Of a stretch of DNA of 64,000 bases, positions 52,801-64,000 are shown in pieces (the stretch's first letter is position 1; every line of letters starts with the position of its first letter). The stretch spans positions 6,014,001 to 6,078,000 of the forward strand of contig CM102284.1 in the NCBI GenBank assembly GCA_046563655.1, written 5' to 3'. The translations under genes were made by a program, and so were the position numbers. This stretch comes from Yuukianura sp. NJ FZ-2021. Lineage: Eukaryota. The notes under the pieces were generated by a model. It saw nothing but the letters and a program-made list of their open reading frames with translations, had not been told where the DNA came from and did no database searches.

Positions 52801-55788
52801 AATGAGAATTCTGGAATCCTATTGTCATTGTAATGCAAAAAGTGGGCTTTCGGGTTTCATTTCTTGGAATTCGAAGATTTTTGAAAGAAGAGAAAGTTTT
52901 TACTTATTCATGAAATTCTGTTTGAGAGAAAATCTGCAGAAGCTTGTGAACTAATTTCGTTTGAATTTTGAGTCTGTCCAAAGTGTAACCCTCTGACACC
53001 TTTCTTTTGTCTAATTAGAATTAGTGAATACCCTGGTGTCATTTTCCAATCAAATTAAGATCTAGTAGATTCAGATTCGAGTGAAAACCGAATTCTAAAG
53101 AAATATCTGTGGATTGGATTGTAAAGTTTAAGAAACCGGGGAGTGGTAATGGAAGTTGGCTTTATGAATTATGATTAACCTTTGCTTTCACTTCCCAGTC
53201 CAATAAAAACATAATTACAAACATGGAAAACTCAATTTGAACCTTGAAGGAACGAAAGTGGCGGCGGCCAAGAGAAAGTCGACTTTCTCCTGACGGCACA
53301 AGAAACGCCGAAATTTGTTAATATTTTATAAGCCACGGCGTCTCTCGGATCGTTCAAACTGTCACACCAAAAAACAAAACCCTTCAAGTACCCCTTCAGC
53401 AAATTTTTCAAAATTTTGAAAAAAATACATTTCTGAAACTCCAAAGCACACTTTTTGTCAATTTGAAGGCACTACGAAAAAAAAATTTGCCACAAGATCT
53501 CAAAGTTATACAGAAAAATCTTTGCAGCTTCAAAACCAGAGACAAAAATCAAAACTCAAATGCTGATAACATTCAGTTTGAGACAGTTTTTCCTCTCGCG
53601 TTTTACAGAAGATATAAAATTTACTAAATAACGGGATTGAAATTTTTGAAAATTTTTATATACGGCCGTATCAACAAAGTTTTCCAGAGAATTTTGAAAA
53701 TTTTTCTGTTGATCATACAGTTACGTACATACAGAATCTTGTATCGGTTTAAAAACATCATCGCATAGGTTAGTCTTTTCGTACGCCGATGATGTTTGAT
53801 CTACCCGTAAAATCAAAATTTGAACTTTTTTTTTGAAATTATGACATTAGTTCATGCTCTGCTTTTGTTTGAAGTCAAAAATTGGAAATTAGCGTGATTG
53901 AAAAGTCGTGGTGGTCGTGCAGTTTCCTGAAGTTTCTCTACGGGACCATTTGATTGATGTGGGAAAATGTTAGTGTTGTATATGAATATCTGGTCCATAA
54001 TCTCTCCTCCTGATCTCTTTTTCTCTCCAAATCATGATCTCTCGTTCTTTCTTCAAAGAGAAACATCAAGCTCAATTACCTGTACTCAGAAGAACAATTA
54101 CAATTATTAACATCATGTACTTCAACCTTATGGATCCTCAGTTAAGATCTTGCAAAAATGGTCTCAAGTGACCTTTGACCTCGCTCGAGTGAGTAGTGAG
54201 TAGCGACAAGTTAAAAAGTTCCGAAAAAATCACATCTCATATCTCAACTTCAGAAACATAATTGTGACTAAGGATGGTTAAACATATTAATCATTTTTGC
54301 TAATTCGTAAAAGAGATTTTATCAAATTTCGAAAAAACTTGTACTGTACCTGTCTCACTTTTCAGTTTTCACAATTTTTTGTGTGCAATCGTTATTTCAA
54401 AGGAAACAAGACATGATTTCCATGTTAATTCTACACGTTTGCGGTTGAATCAAAAAGATTTGCCATTTTCAAAAAAAAAATGAACAAAAGCGTACCGTGG
54501 GGTCTCGATTTCAATCAATTTTTCAAAAAACGACGCCGCTCATATTCTGCACATGAAAGTCAGGTCATCATTACCAAAAAAAAGTTGAAACAGGGCAGGA
54601 TTATGTAAAAATTTGCAAGATTTTAAAAATTTCGAATTTGCAAAAATGTGTTTTGGTGGACACTGGTTAAGTTGCGTCTGAATCCTCAAACAAAGCAGAG
54701 ATTTGCTACGCATCCATGACTTTTTGTTCATGATGCAGAGATCAATTGAATAGATGCTGCTGATGATGAAATTTTGAGGTTGTTTCATTCTATTTTCGCA
54801 GTGTTGAAATTGATGATGACAAATGGGTGTCTTTTAGTTAAAAAAGAAGTAGATTGGCAGTGGTCTATTATTCTTTAGTGGTTAGGGTGAAGAAATCCAC
54901 TCATGAGTCTCCTATCATCATTTTCTTGGTATTTTGAGGTGATGACGTGTGAAGATTCAATAGGAAGATCATGTTCTTCAAGATTAGAGTTGTAACTGGT
55001 GGGACACGAAACACGACGACAAATACCTAATGCAATAAATATACAAAGTTACATGGGAAGTGGGAAAAAAGAGGACATGTGATGATGTGAGAGTGTTATG
55101 TATTGTTATTGTTATTTTTAGGAAGATGGGATACAGATTCTGAGAGAGAAGCTTCTAGTACAGAAGATGAAAAATCCTTTTGTTCTGTTTTGATTTCGTG
55201 AAAAGCTGAGCTTACGAACGAACGTAAGAAGAAGATTGGAAAGAATTAGAAAAGTAAGATGAGCGTCGTGAGACGTCTTCCTGATCTTTTGTTTTCTATT
55301 CCTGATTTCCATTATTCCTTTGTCATCATCGGCATCTTTACAACTTTGCTAAAGTTTTCATCTGTGGTGGATTTTTAGTAGATGAAGAAGACCAAAGATG
55401 ATGGAAATTTTACAATGGAGGGAGATGATGTGTTCATATAGACTTGAATACTGCTCCAGATTTAAAATTTCGAAAGTTAGCCAGCACACGTCCACTATTT
55501 TAAAAATTTTGAACTTTCACCTGCGTAAAAAGCAATTTGAAAAAAAAAACAGAAAAAAATTGTAAGATTTTCATTGCTTGACGAAATTGTGAATTATTCA
55601 ATCGATATTGTTGCGAATGCAACGCTGTTACCGACTTTCCAAACAAATGAAGTTTTTTGCAAAAATCGAAATTTCACATGCACTGCGTATTTGTTTGAAT
55701 TTGAAAAAACTGGAAAGGTCAAATAAGAGTTGACCTCTTCCCGGTCCAAATTCTTAATTTTTGCCAAATTGCAAAATTTGAGGTGAAA

Positions 55789-56516
55789 ATGGCGCAGAGA
55801 AGACAGAGTCAAGATCAGATCCAAGCGATGGAGACGGCCATTAAGGACACTGTGCAGAAGTTTCAGCATGAACTCAATGGCATGTTGACCCAGGTCACGA
55901 ATACAATGGAGGATCTTAAGAAAGCTTCTGTGGTGAATGGGAATCAGTTGAAAGCGGAATACGTCAAGGGTAAGCTTCCAGCAGGTCAAAGGTCAAGGCT
56001 GAAAAATTGAAACAAAAATATCATTAGGTTATGCCGATGTACAAGCTCAGATGAGCAAGGCCACGACTGACATGATCGCTGCTTATACGAAGAACTACAA
56101 TGAGCTGAAAGCATCTCTCAAAGAAAACTATGACAATCTGTATGGACAGGCCAAGTCCAGCATTGACAGCAATTTGCAGCGTTTCAAACAGACAGTTCCT
56201 CCTGTCTTAGCCAACATCCCTGGACCACAACAGAAGGTTTTCCAGGATATCATTAAGGGATTGGATGACAACAGTGCTAAAACACTCAAGTCACTGGAAA
56301 ATAGTTACAAGGACATGATCGCTACGCTGGACAAAACGTACCAAGAGGGGCTCAAAAGTTTGCAGCAGGTGAATCATCAAATCTTAAACTACACTTATTT
56401 CCTAGTTACGATTTTGATTGACCCGAATTTCTTCCCAGGGTCAACCATCGAGCGGTTCTCAAAATGCTGCTGCTGGGTCAACTAACGCAAAGGCCGCACC
56501 ACCCAAGAAGAAATAA
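55789..56516 (+). CDS. Uncharacterised amphipathic alpha-helical protein (~200 aa), 3 exons
   Basis: MAQRRQSQDQIQAMETAIKD...AEYVK|GYADVQAQMSKA...QEGLKSLQQ|GQPSSGSQNAAAGSTNAKAAPPKKK*; canonical introns keep frame. Confidence 0.8.
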
Positions 56517-56711
56517 GAGTGATGTTTTTGTTTGATCTGAGGAATGATGTCAGAGGTCAGACAGATTTAATGGCTTTGCGGCTAACATTCTGCTTGGAAT
56601 CTGTAATAAAGTAAACCATATCACCAGAATATAGGGTGTATAAAACAGATAGAGCTGTTAACCGTGCATTTGCACGTTAGAAAATGAATGTGTTCAAAGT
56701 AATTTCAAAAT

Positions 56712-57171
56712 TTAAAAGTATAAGATTTCGACGTCTCCGTCCTTTGTTTCTGTGACGCTGTGAACTTGACAGTCGCCTGCAAGATTCCGGTAGATCCGCA
56801 CATGTATGAATTCACCGTCGTCGAGTTTAATCTGAAATTTCAAAGTAAAGCAGGTTATCGTTGTACACTTTAGTTACTGGTTGCTTAACGTAGACATGCT
56901 GTTGAATTGTATTCTGTACTATAATATGTCGACGTCGAGCAACGTGAATGTTGAATGGCATTTGATGGTAAAATTTACGTACGTTTACAAAGTAGTTCAG
57001 TCCTGCGACAACTTGGGTTTTGTAGCCAACGGGTTCCATTTTTTCTGGATGCACACCGTTCCGTTTCTCGCTGACCTTCGTCTTCAGTTCCTCTTCAACA
57101 ATTTTCAGTACTTTCCGAACATCATCGTCCACCTCCTTCAGAGCTCCAATTCCACCACAACGGGTGCTCAT
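56712..57171 (-). CDS. Type 1 cystatin (stefin; cystatin A/B-like), 2 exons
   Basis: MSTRCGGIG...YKTQVVAGLNYFVN|IKLDDGEFIHVRIYRNL...EILYF*; N-terminal GG, QVVAG motif, no signal peptide. Confidence 0.93.
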
Positions 57172-57293
57172 TGTTCCTGCAAATGGATATCCTCGGATGA
57201 CAATTTGTTCCTTCTTGACAGTACAGTTCAATAAATTGTAATTGAATCTGGAATGATTCACTGATTCACTTTCTCAATGCAGAAGAAAGTAAA

Positions 57294-57317
57294 TGAGTCA
57301 ACAAAAACAATGAGTCA
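57294..57317. promoter_or_regulatory. Two AP-1 consensus sites upstream of the cystatin gene
   Basis: TGAGTCA at 57294-57300 and 57311-57317, plus two TGATTCA variants at ~57254-57268. Confidence 0.4.
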
Positions 57318-57787
57318 GGTGTTTAGATAACAAACGTAAACATCATTTGCATATTTCCGATCAGCTGTTCTTTTTTGCAGAAAAATAGAAAAGTCCGCAA
57401 AATTTAAACGTCATTTTGCATTTTGTTTTTTAGAGTTTTGTATTGCAATTGAAAGTGCAAAATTGGAAAGTATGGCATTTCTGGAATGGCAAAACAGTAA
57501 AACGTATAAAGGGATTTGTCATTCCGTTGTTTTGCAATTCCTTTTGGAATTGCCAGTCGGGTTAAATTGCACTTTAGTGGCAATTGAAAAAAGTTCAAAC
57601 AAAAACAATTTGAATGTATACATTTGTTAATTCATTTGGTTAAATTTAAGAAGTTAACAAATCAACAAACGATTAGCGATTTCAGTGAGCTGCGAAGTGT
57701 CAAGGGAGGACAGTAGGACGAGGAATACACAATTTAGTACCTAGTTTATAGTACTAACTACTGAGTAAGGCATTCAGTGTTCAGGAA

Positions 57788-58531
57788 ATGGTAAGGAAAT
57801 TTACTCGCAATCGCAATAGTTAGTAATTGAATACATTGACAATTTAATTGATGTGAAATTAGTAACGTCAAGGTACTTTATTTTGTTCGTTCTTTGAAGG
57901 ACATACGGAAAAGTCTTCAGCAGTTACTGAATGGGTACGTAAAGCGCATCTATAGCAATACGCTTAGTTCCATTTTAGCTTGCCAGCCAAGTCCAGTGTT
58001 AATTTGGTGTTTATTTTTTGAATAGGTATGACGGATTGCACGCTATTGTCATTTCCGATAGGGATGGCGTTGCAATTTTGAAAGGTACTTATAATTTCCT
58101 ATGTTTACATCTCCAATGCATCGATTTTTTACAAAGATTTTAGTTTGCAATACTTTTGTGTTTTCCATTAGTTAGCACAGAAGCAACACCAGAACTAGCT
58201 TTGAGGATGAGCTTTCTGTCTACTTTTGGAATTTCTAATGAACAAGCCAGCAAGCTTGGTATGGGGAAGAACAACAAAATCATTTCAATTTATGAAAACT
58301 TTCAGGTAAAACTCTTGCTCATTTATTGATTCAATTGGAGCAAATCAGAGGATTCAAAAGTCATCATTGCTGTATTTTCAGGTTATACAGATCAGCAAGC
58401 TTCCCATTGTAATCACACTCATTGCTCAAGCCGACGCTAACACAGGGCATCTTCTAGCACTGGAAGACACGCTGGATCCATTGATCCAGTCCCTTCGCGG
58501 TGACGTGGTCGCGGCAGCTGCTGAATGCTGA
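57788..58531 (+). CDS. LAMTOR3: Ragulator complex subunit LAMTOR3 (MP1), 5 coding exons
   Basis: ATG|DIRKSLQQLLNG|YDGLHAIVISDRDGVAILK|VSTEATPELALRMSFLSTFGISNEQASKLGMGKNNKIISIYENFQ|VIQISKLPIVITLIAQADANTGHLLALE...; absent from the ORF track because the exons are short. Confidence 0.93.
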
Positions 58532-59275
58532 GCAATGACAATGGATACCGAACTGAATAGAGGCATGCTTTGGCATGACATCTCTAAGATTAGGTTCCGT
58601 ACGACACTGACTTTCCACAATCACTTCCACAACGCATTCGCCTACCTTACTAACTTTAAGATTAATTAAAATGTTAGTTTTGACGAATACAAAAATAAAT
58701 ATAGTTTATGAGATAACTTGCAAGACTTTCTTTTGAGAATTCCTTACTCTACCGTAAGAGAAGTACGAAAATTCCCTAGGTTATTCTTATGAATGAGTCA
58801 ATTAATGGCAATAATGGCAGCAGTTTTAAAAAATTTAACATCAAATACTAGTAATTCGCACAATTGACAATTAGTAATTAACAAATCGATAAGATTGTGA
58901 CCACTAAAGCTGTCAATGCCAAACTCTGTATTTGGAATTCATTTCTACGAAAAGCACATGTTTCTGTCCTATGAGTGTCTTTTAGTCCGTCCAATAAATC
59001 CATGCGTTGAGAATTTACATGTGGTTTGTTGAATTTCCGAAGTTAAAATTGTAATAAATTTGTAGCAAGGTTAACAATTTGTTTGTACTTAAAAACCACA
59101 CTAATCAATTGCCCCCTTTGACGCACATCCAAGCTTAAGTTTACATTCACGGTCGGTTGTTTGGTAAGTAAAAAACTTAGATGTAGGTGTATCGATTCGC
59201 CAAAAACTTTGTTTACACGCGAAAACTGTAACTAAATTCACTTTCTTGTGTGTTAGGAAATCGTGGAAGGGAACC

Positions 59276-61098
59276 ATGTCATTCTTCATACGAAAACGGG
59301 GCGGCTCCAGCTTAACTTCTTCCGATCGGAAGTCGAAACCTGGAAACAGAGAAATGAAGAAACCTAAGCCAAGAGATTCCAGGAACGGCAGATCTATGAA
59401 GTCCAATCGTGGCTCCGTTTCCGGCAGAGGCCAACGCGGCATGAAACGCAAACAAGGCGGCCGTGGTGGTGCGGACAGCGAAGAATTTACCAAGAAACCA
59501 AAGTTTGACTCCAAGGAAGAAATCACTTCATCATCCGAAAACGAAGACGAAGAGGATGCCGAGGGAGAGGCGACTCGACTACGGGAAGACGACGATGAAA
59601 TTATTGAGACAGCTCAAGAAAAGAAACTACGTCTCACGAAAATGTACTTGGAAGAAATCAAGAGAGAGGAACTGGAGAGACAAGAAAACGAAGAAGTAGA
59701 TGTGGATTTACTTGTCGCAAAGCGTTTACGCGAAGACATTTTGGAGATGGAAGGTCGTCTTCGTCGAGAAGTTGCTGATTCAACTACTTACGACCCGCAA
59801 ACCATCTTCAGCCTTACAAATTCCAAGCATTTGAAGAAATCTGTTACCTGTCTCTGCATTTCACCAGATAATCAATGGATATTCTCCGGTGACAAGGACG
59901 GTCAATTGTTCAAATGGTCAGTCAACGAGAAGCGGAAGGTTGGCATGGTCCAGAGGAAAGAAAAAATAACAAAACGAAAGCAGAAGCAAATGAAAATCGA
60001 TCCAAACGCTACTAAGAAAGTCGAAGACGAAACTTCCAACTCCTGCCACTCTTCAGCGATTACTGCCATTGCCATTTCAAGTGACGGCAAATTCTTGGTT
60101 ACTGGCGACATTGACAAACAAGTCGTCGTTTGGAATCCAGAAACACTAATCAAACTACATATTTTCAAAGGTAAAACTAACGATTACTACTAAAGCAAAC
60201 GGATTGTTAAACTCGCTTTCATTTATTCGTTTTCTAGGTCACCGTGGCCCAATCCGAGGTCTTGTGTTCCGCCATAAAACTCACACACTGTACTCTAGCA
60301 GTGACGATCGCTCAATTCGGATTTGGTCACTGGATGAAATGGGATACGTTGAAACGCTTTTTGGTCATCAGGACGCGGTAACTTGCCTACGATTTATAAA
60401 ATCAATTACTTTAATAACGAACTCATAGTCTGTATTGCTCGAAGGTCACATCGGTCGACGCTCTGTCCAGAGAACGAGCAATTTCATCCGGAGGACGTGA
60501 CGGTTCAATTCGAGTATGGAAGATTGTGGAAGAATCACAGCTTGTTTACAATGGACACAACAATGGGAGTGCCGATGTAGTGAAATTGGTCAACGAAGAA
60601 AACTTTATATCAGCTGGAGATGACGGACTACTCTGTACTTGGAGTGTCAATCGTAAGAAGCCACTCGTCACCATTCCGAATGCTCACGGTATCGAAAAAA
60701 GTTGGGATGGACAGTACGAAAATCCACGTTGGATTTCTGCCTTAGCCGCTTGGACAAATACAGATATGATTGTATCTGGTTCCAGCGATGGATTTTTGAG
60801 GGTCTGGAAGTGTGGTGACAGATTCAAGTCGTTGACACCCATAACACAGATTCCTTGTCCAGGATGGATCAATTCAATTCAGTTTTCACATGGAAGTGAC
60901 ATCACTGGCAAGTTTTTGGCTGTTGGGGTAGGAAAGGAACACAAAAGTGGAAGATGGTCTGGAAAAATCGACGGAGCTAAAAATTGTATTGTAATTGTAC
61001 CGCTTCACTTTAAGACTCTAGATGAAGAATCTGGACAAAATGGACATGCCGAGGTCAGTTCGGATTCCGAACAAGAAACTTCCAAGAAACAAGCGTAG
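59276..61098 (+). CDS. RRP9: U3 snoRNA-interacting protein 2 (RRP9/U3-55K), WD40, 3 exons
   Basis: MSFFIR start, ETAQEKKLRLTKMYLEEI, YVETLFGHQDAVTSVDAL, IRVWKIVEESQLVYNGH, VGVGKEHKSGRW. Confidence 0.95.
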
Positions 61099-61188
61099 GG
61101 TGTAGTTTTTAATTATTAATTGAAAATTTAAGCTGTTTAGAAATGGAATCAAGTTATTTTATAAACTGAATCAGAACTAAATATTTGT

Positions 61189-64000
61189 CTACATGAATGG
61201 AAATGTGCTTCCAGTATTTGTCTTCAGAGAAGGAGATACGGAGTCTCGCTGAAATTCAAAAATGTGTTTCAGAAAAACAAAATTTTTGAAATTTCGAATT
61301 TAATTTTAAATTTTTTTGAAATCTCACTTCTTGCTGCGACGGAATCAGAAAAGGCTTGACATTTCCAAGGTCAGTTGAAAATGAAGAGCGACGTGACTGG
61401 GACAGTGGCTGGAGCTGATCAAATTTTTCACGTTTTTTGCCAAAGGTATTTCCATTTCCTAAAAAATTTGGAATTTCAAAATATTTTTTCCAAATTTTGA
61501 TTTTGTGTTTTCATTTTGTTGAACAGATTTGTACCATAAAAGGAATTTGGATTATTTTCGTCCATAGCACTGGAAGATGCTGGTTGTCCATGAAATTGTC
61601 CTGGATTTGGCGGATGATGATTCAGTGAAATTCCATTTTTGGGAGTCATGCGCGGCAGGAAGTGGTCACCATTTGAAGTAGACGATGTACTCCAAGTACT
61701 ACCGTTGTTGACCTTTGATATGCCAAACGATGACCCCAACACGCTGACTCCAACTGGAAGTGACCTTGGATTGAAATTGTTTCCTCCTCCAGCAGGTCCT
61801 AGTGACATCTTCTTCCGAATCCTAGCTGGAGACGATTTGCGGAAGTTTGCGTTTCCAAGTGGGAAGGCATTTGTGTTGGAATTGTTTGAAAAAGATGGCG
61901 GCGATTTTGCTCTGACTGGAGCCGGGACGGTGGACGTCGTGAAAGTACTGCCATTGTAACTAGTATTGTGTGGTCCAAGGTTAAAGGTCAGAGTGGTCAC
62001 CGGTAAAGAGTGCGATGTGGGTTCTAATCTTCCTCCGGTCGTTATATTTTCTTCACCAGTTCCAGAAAATGAATATTTTTTGGGCGTTTGAGCCACTGAG
62101 AATCGCTTGTCCTTGGAAGCTGCTGGATTTACTGCAACTGGAGTCAACAACTCTTCCAGTCCAGCGATACTTTTGTTCAGCGCCTCTTCTGACGATTTGC
62201 GCGTTAAAGAAATCGGGATCTTCGAACTGGAATTTTGGTAATCCGAGTTTTTCCCGCCTCCAAAATTTCCTCCTGCCGTCATTTTGTCTTTTGAAGCCAC
62301 CGGAACTTGGCGGCTCAGGTTGGTTGAATTTGAAAACTGGATCTGATTGGCCAAATTGTTACTCTGGAAGGGCTGTGGAGGTTGTTGGTACTGTTTAGAT
62401 TGTACTTCTTCGGTGGATCCATGCAGTGCTTGATGGTGGGTCAAGGTCATACTGTTCCGTGGGACCGCCCCACCACGACTTCCTGCCCCACCACTCACGT
62501 TTCCCGGATTGACATTGGCCCCACCCACGACATTGCCCAAACTCCGTTTTTTCCTGACCGTGGACGTCGTGAGTGGTGGGCGTCCTTCCAACTCCAATTT
62601 CATGCTCAGTTCTGCCAAAAACCTTCAAAAATTGAAAAATCGTGTTGAAATATGAAACACGATTTACGTCAAAACTGAATTTGGCGTGTCAACTTGAAAT
62701 TGCTTTGAAATTTTGAACGTACTTGTTAGGGAAGTTGTCGTGTGAAAAATAAGGCATGCGCATGAGCGAATTGCATGTTGGGCGACCGGTCGGTTCAGGG
62801 TCAAGGCAAACCGTTAAAAATTGAACCGCTTCTTCTGTCCAGGACGGAAACATTGATGCAAAAACCGAAGTCGGTGGGACCGGATCCGGTGGCGTTTGGT
62901 CTCCAAATGGTGATTGCCGTCTTTTGCCTGAAGTCGTAGAACTATTTTGCATGTGGGAACTAAAATTTGCTGTCCCACTATTTCTAGTCCCACCAACAAC
63001 TACTGTCCTCGTTGAATTTGTTGAAGTTGTCGACCCGTGACGAGATTTCGGAAACTGGAATCCCCGAAACGCTGAATTTTTTGACATGATGCTCAAATGT
63101 CGCTTGGCCAGCCGACCTTTAAAAAAACAGCATTGAAATTTATACAAAAAGTTAGGAAAAATCAATATCTGTACTTTCTTTTTAGTAAAATGTGTAAACT
63201 TTTGTGTTTTTTGGACAGTCTTTATGGCATTGCGACAGACGCTACGTTTCGCTGATTTTATGTAGGAGTGATGAGCGTGACTCGGAATTGCACTTTGGTA
63301 AAAATTTCGTTAAAAAAGCGTTTTTGTTACGAAAAACACGTAAAACGTTAAAAGACAAAACCAAAATTGAATGATGTGCGTGTTGTCGTCCCACGGCTTT
63401 CTTTCAAACTGTAATTATTTTTAGTTTTAGGACAAGGTCCGAAAACACTGAAAAACTTTCTGGAGAAACTAAAGTGAATTACAGTGCTATTAAATGTACC
63501 ATGATGTTCACAATTAGTTTAGTAAAAACTTACCTAGACACTGGGCAATGAGAAATAGTTGGTCAATATCCGAGTCACCAGGAAACAATGGTTCTCCAGT
63601 AGACATTTCTGCAAACAGGCACCCCGCAGCCCAAATGTCAACGGATCTAAAAATAAGTCAGAGTGAAAGAGAAAGTCATTGTGCAAAATTTCCATTAGGA
63701 AGGATGAATGGTAGTCTTTGTCTAGAAATCTATTGATCTAGCACTATCATTTGTATGAAAGACTAATTTTTTTTGTCGGACTGCACCAATAGTCTATTTT
63801 TAAGATGTGGGAAAATAGAGAAAGTCGAACAAAGTGACCATGAAGTTAATGATTTTGGAGAAAGTAAAAAAAAATACCTTACCTCCCATAGGCTACGTCT
63901 CCCACTAGCAGCTCTGGTTTCAAATTAGAAAAGTAAAAATTAGGTGAAAATTTTGGTAGTTTAGTGATTTTTGTAAAATTTGGGACAATTTGAGGGTGTC
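61189..64000 (-). CDS. Cyclin-dependent kinase-like (CDKL family) protein, 3' portion; 5' end beyond the window
   Basis: [73 protein letters not shown], long low-complexity tail; exons join in frame to ...GSTFPFM* at 61189. Confidence 0.85.

Noticed and set aside
53753-53797. Hairpin AAACATCATCG...CGATGATGTTT
   Set aside because: Only an 11-bp firm stem; too short to support a pre-miRNA and could be chance.
41126-55312. Short ORFs of 60-183 aa in the gene-free region
   Set aside because: F/K/L-biased translations of A/T tracts, no recognisable motifs or consistent exon chain.
4968-58531. 4E-BP and LAMTOR3 as an mTORC1 pathway cluster
   Set aside because: 53 kb apart with unrelated genes between; no evidence beyond coincidence.
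1-64000. CRISPR array, prokaryotic operon or horizontally transferred bacterial gene
   Set aside because: No repeat-spacer array; all recognisable genes are intron-containing metazoan genes.

Overview
AT-rich eukaryotic genomic DNA with many short (about 55-80 nt) GT-AG introns. The gene content (ribbon, NDNF/nord, LMBR1/lilipod) points to an arthropod; a springtail-like hexapod is my guess, not something the sequence proves. I assembled 13 protein-coding loci by hand across introns: 4E-BP (first coding exon only, -), a PPPDE/DeSI peptidase with a long C-terminal extension (-), LMBR1 (-), an orphan Lys-rich/acidic protein (-), TXNDC15 (+), NDNF (-), an unknown membrane protein (+), the BTB-Psq factor ribbon (-) with a ~15 kb gene-free upstream region, an amphipathic helical protein (+), a stefin-type cystatin (-), LAMTOR3 (+), RRP9 (+) and the 3' part of a CDKL kinase (-). 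The notable non-coding structures are: (1) a 432-bp element with CACAGTG termini, a perfect 5-bp target-site duplication and a 12-RSS-like right end, i.e. a Transib/RAG-type MITE; (2) two tandem tRNA-headed Pol III-type elements with a variable-number hairpin module in an LMBR1 intron; (3) a ~60-bp-stem hairpin upstream of the 4E-BP CDS; (4) recurrent AGGTCA repeats and TTAGG-like motifs. Exon boundaries are manual and family calls come from motif recognition; no database search was run.
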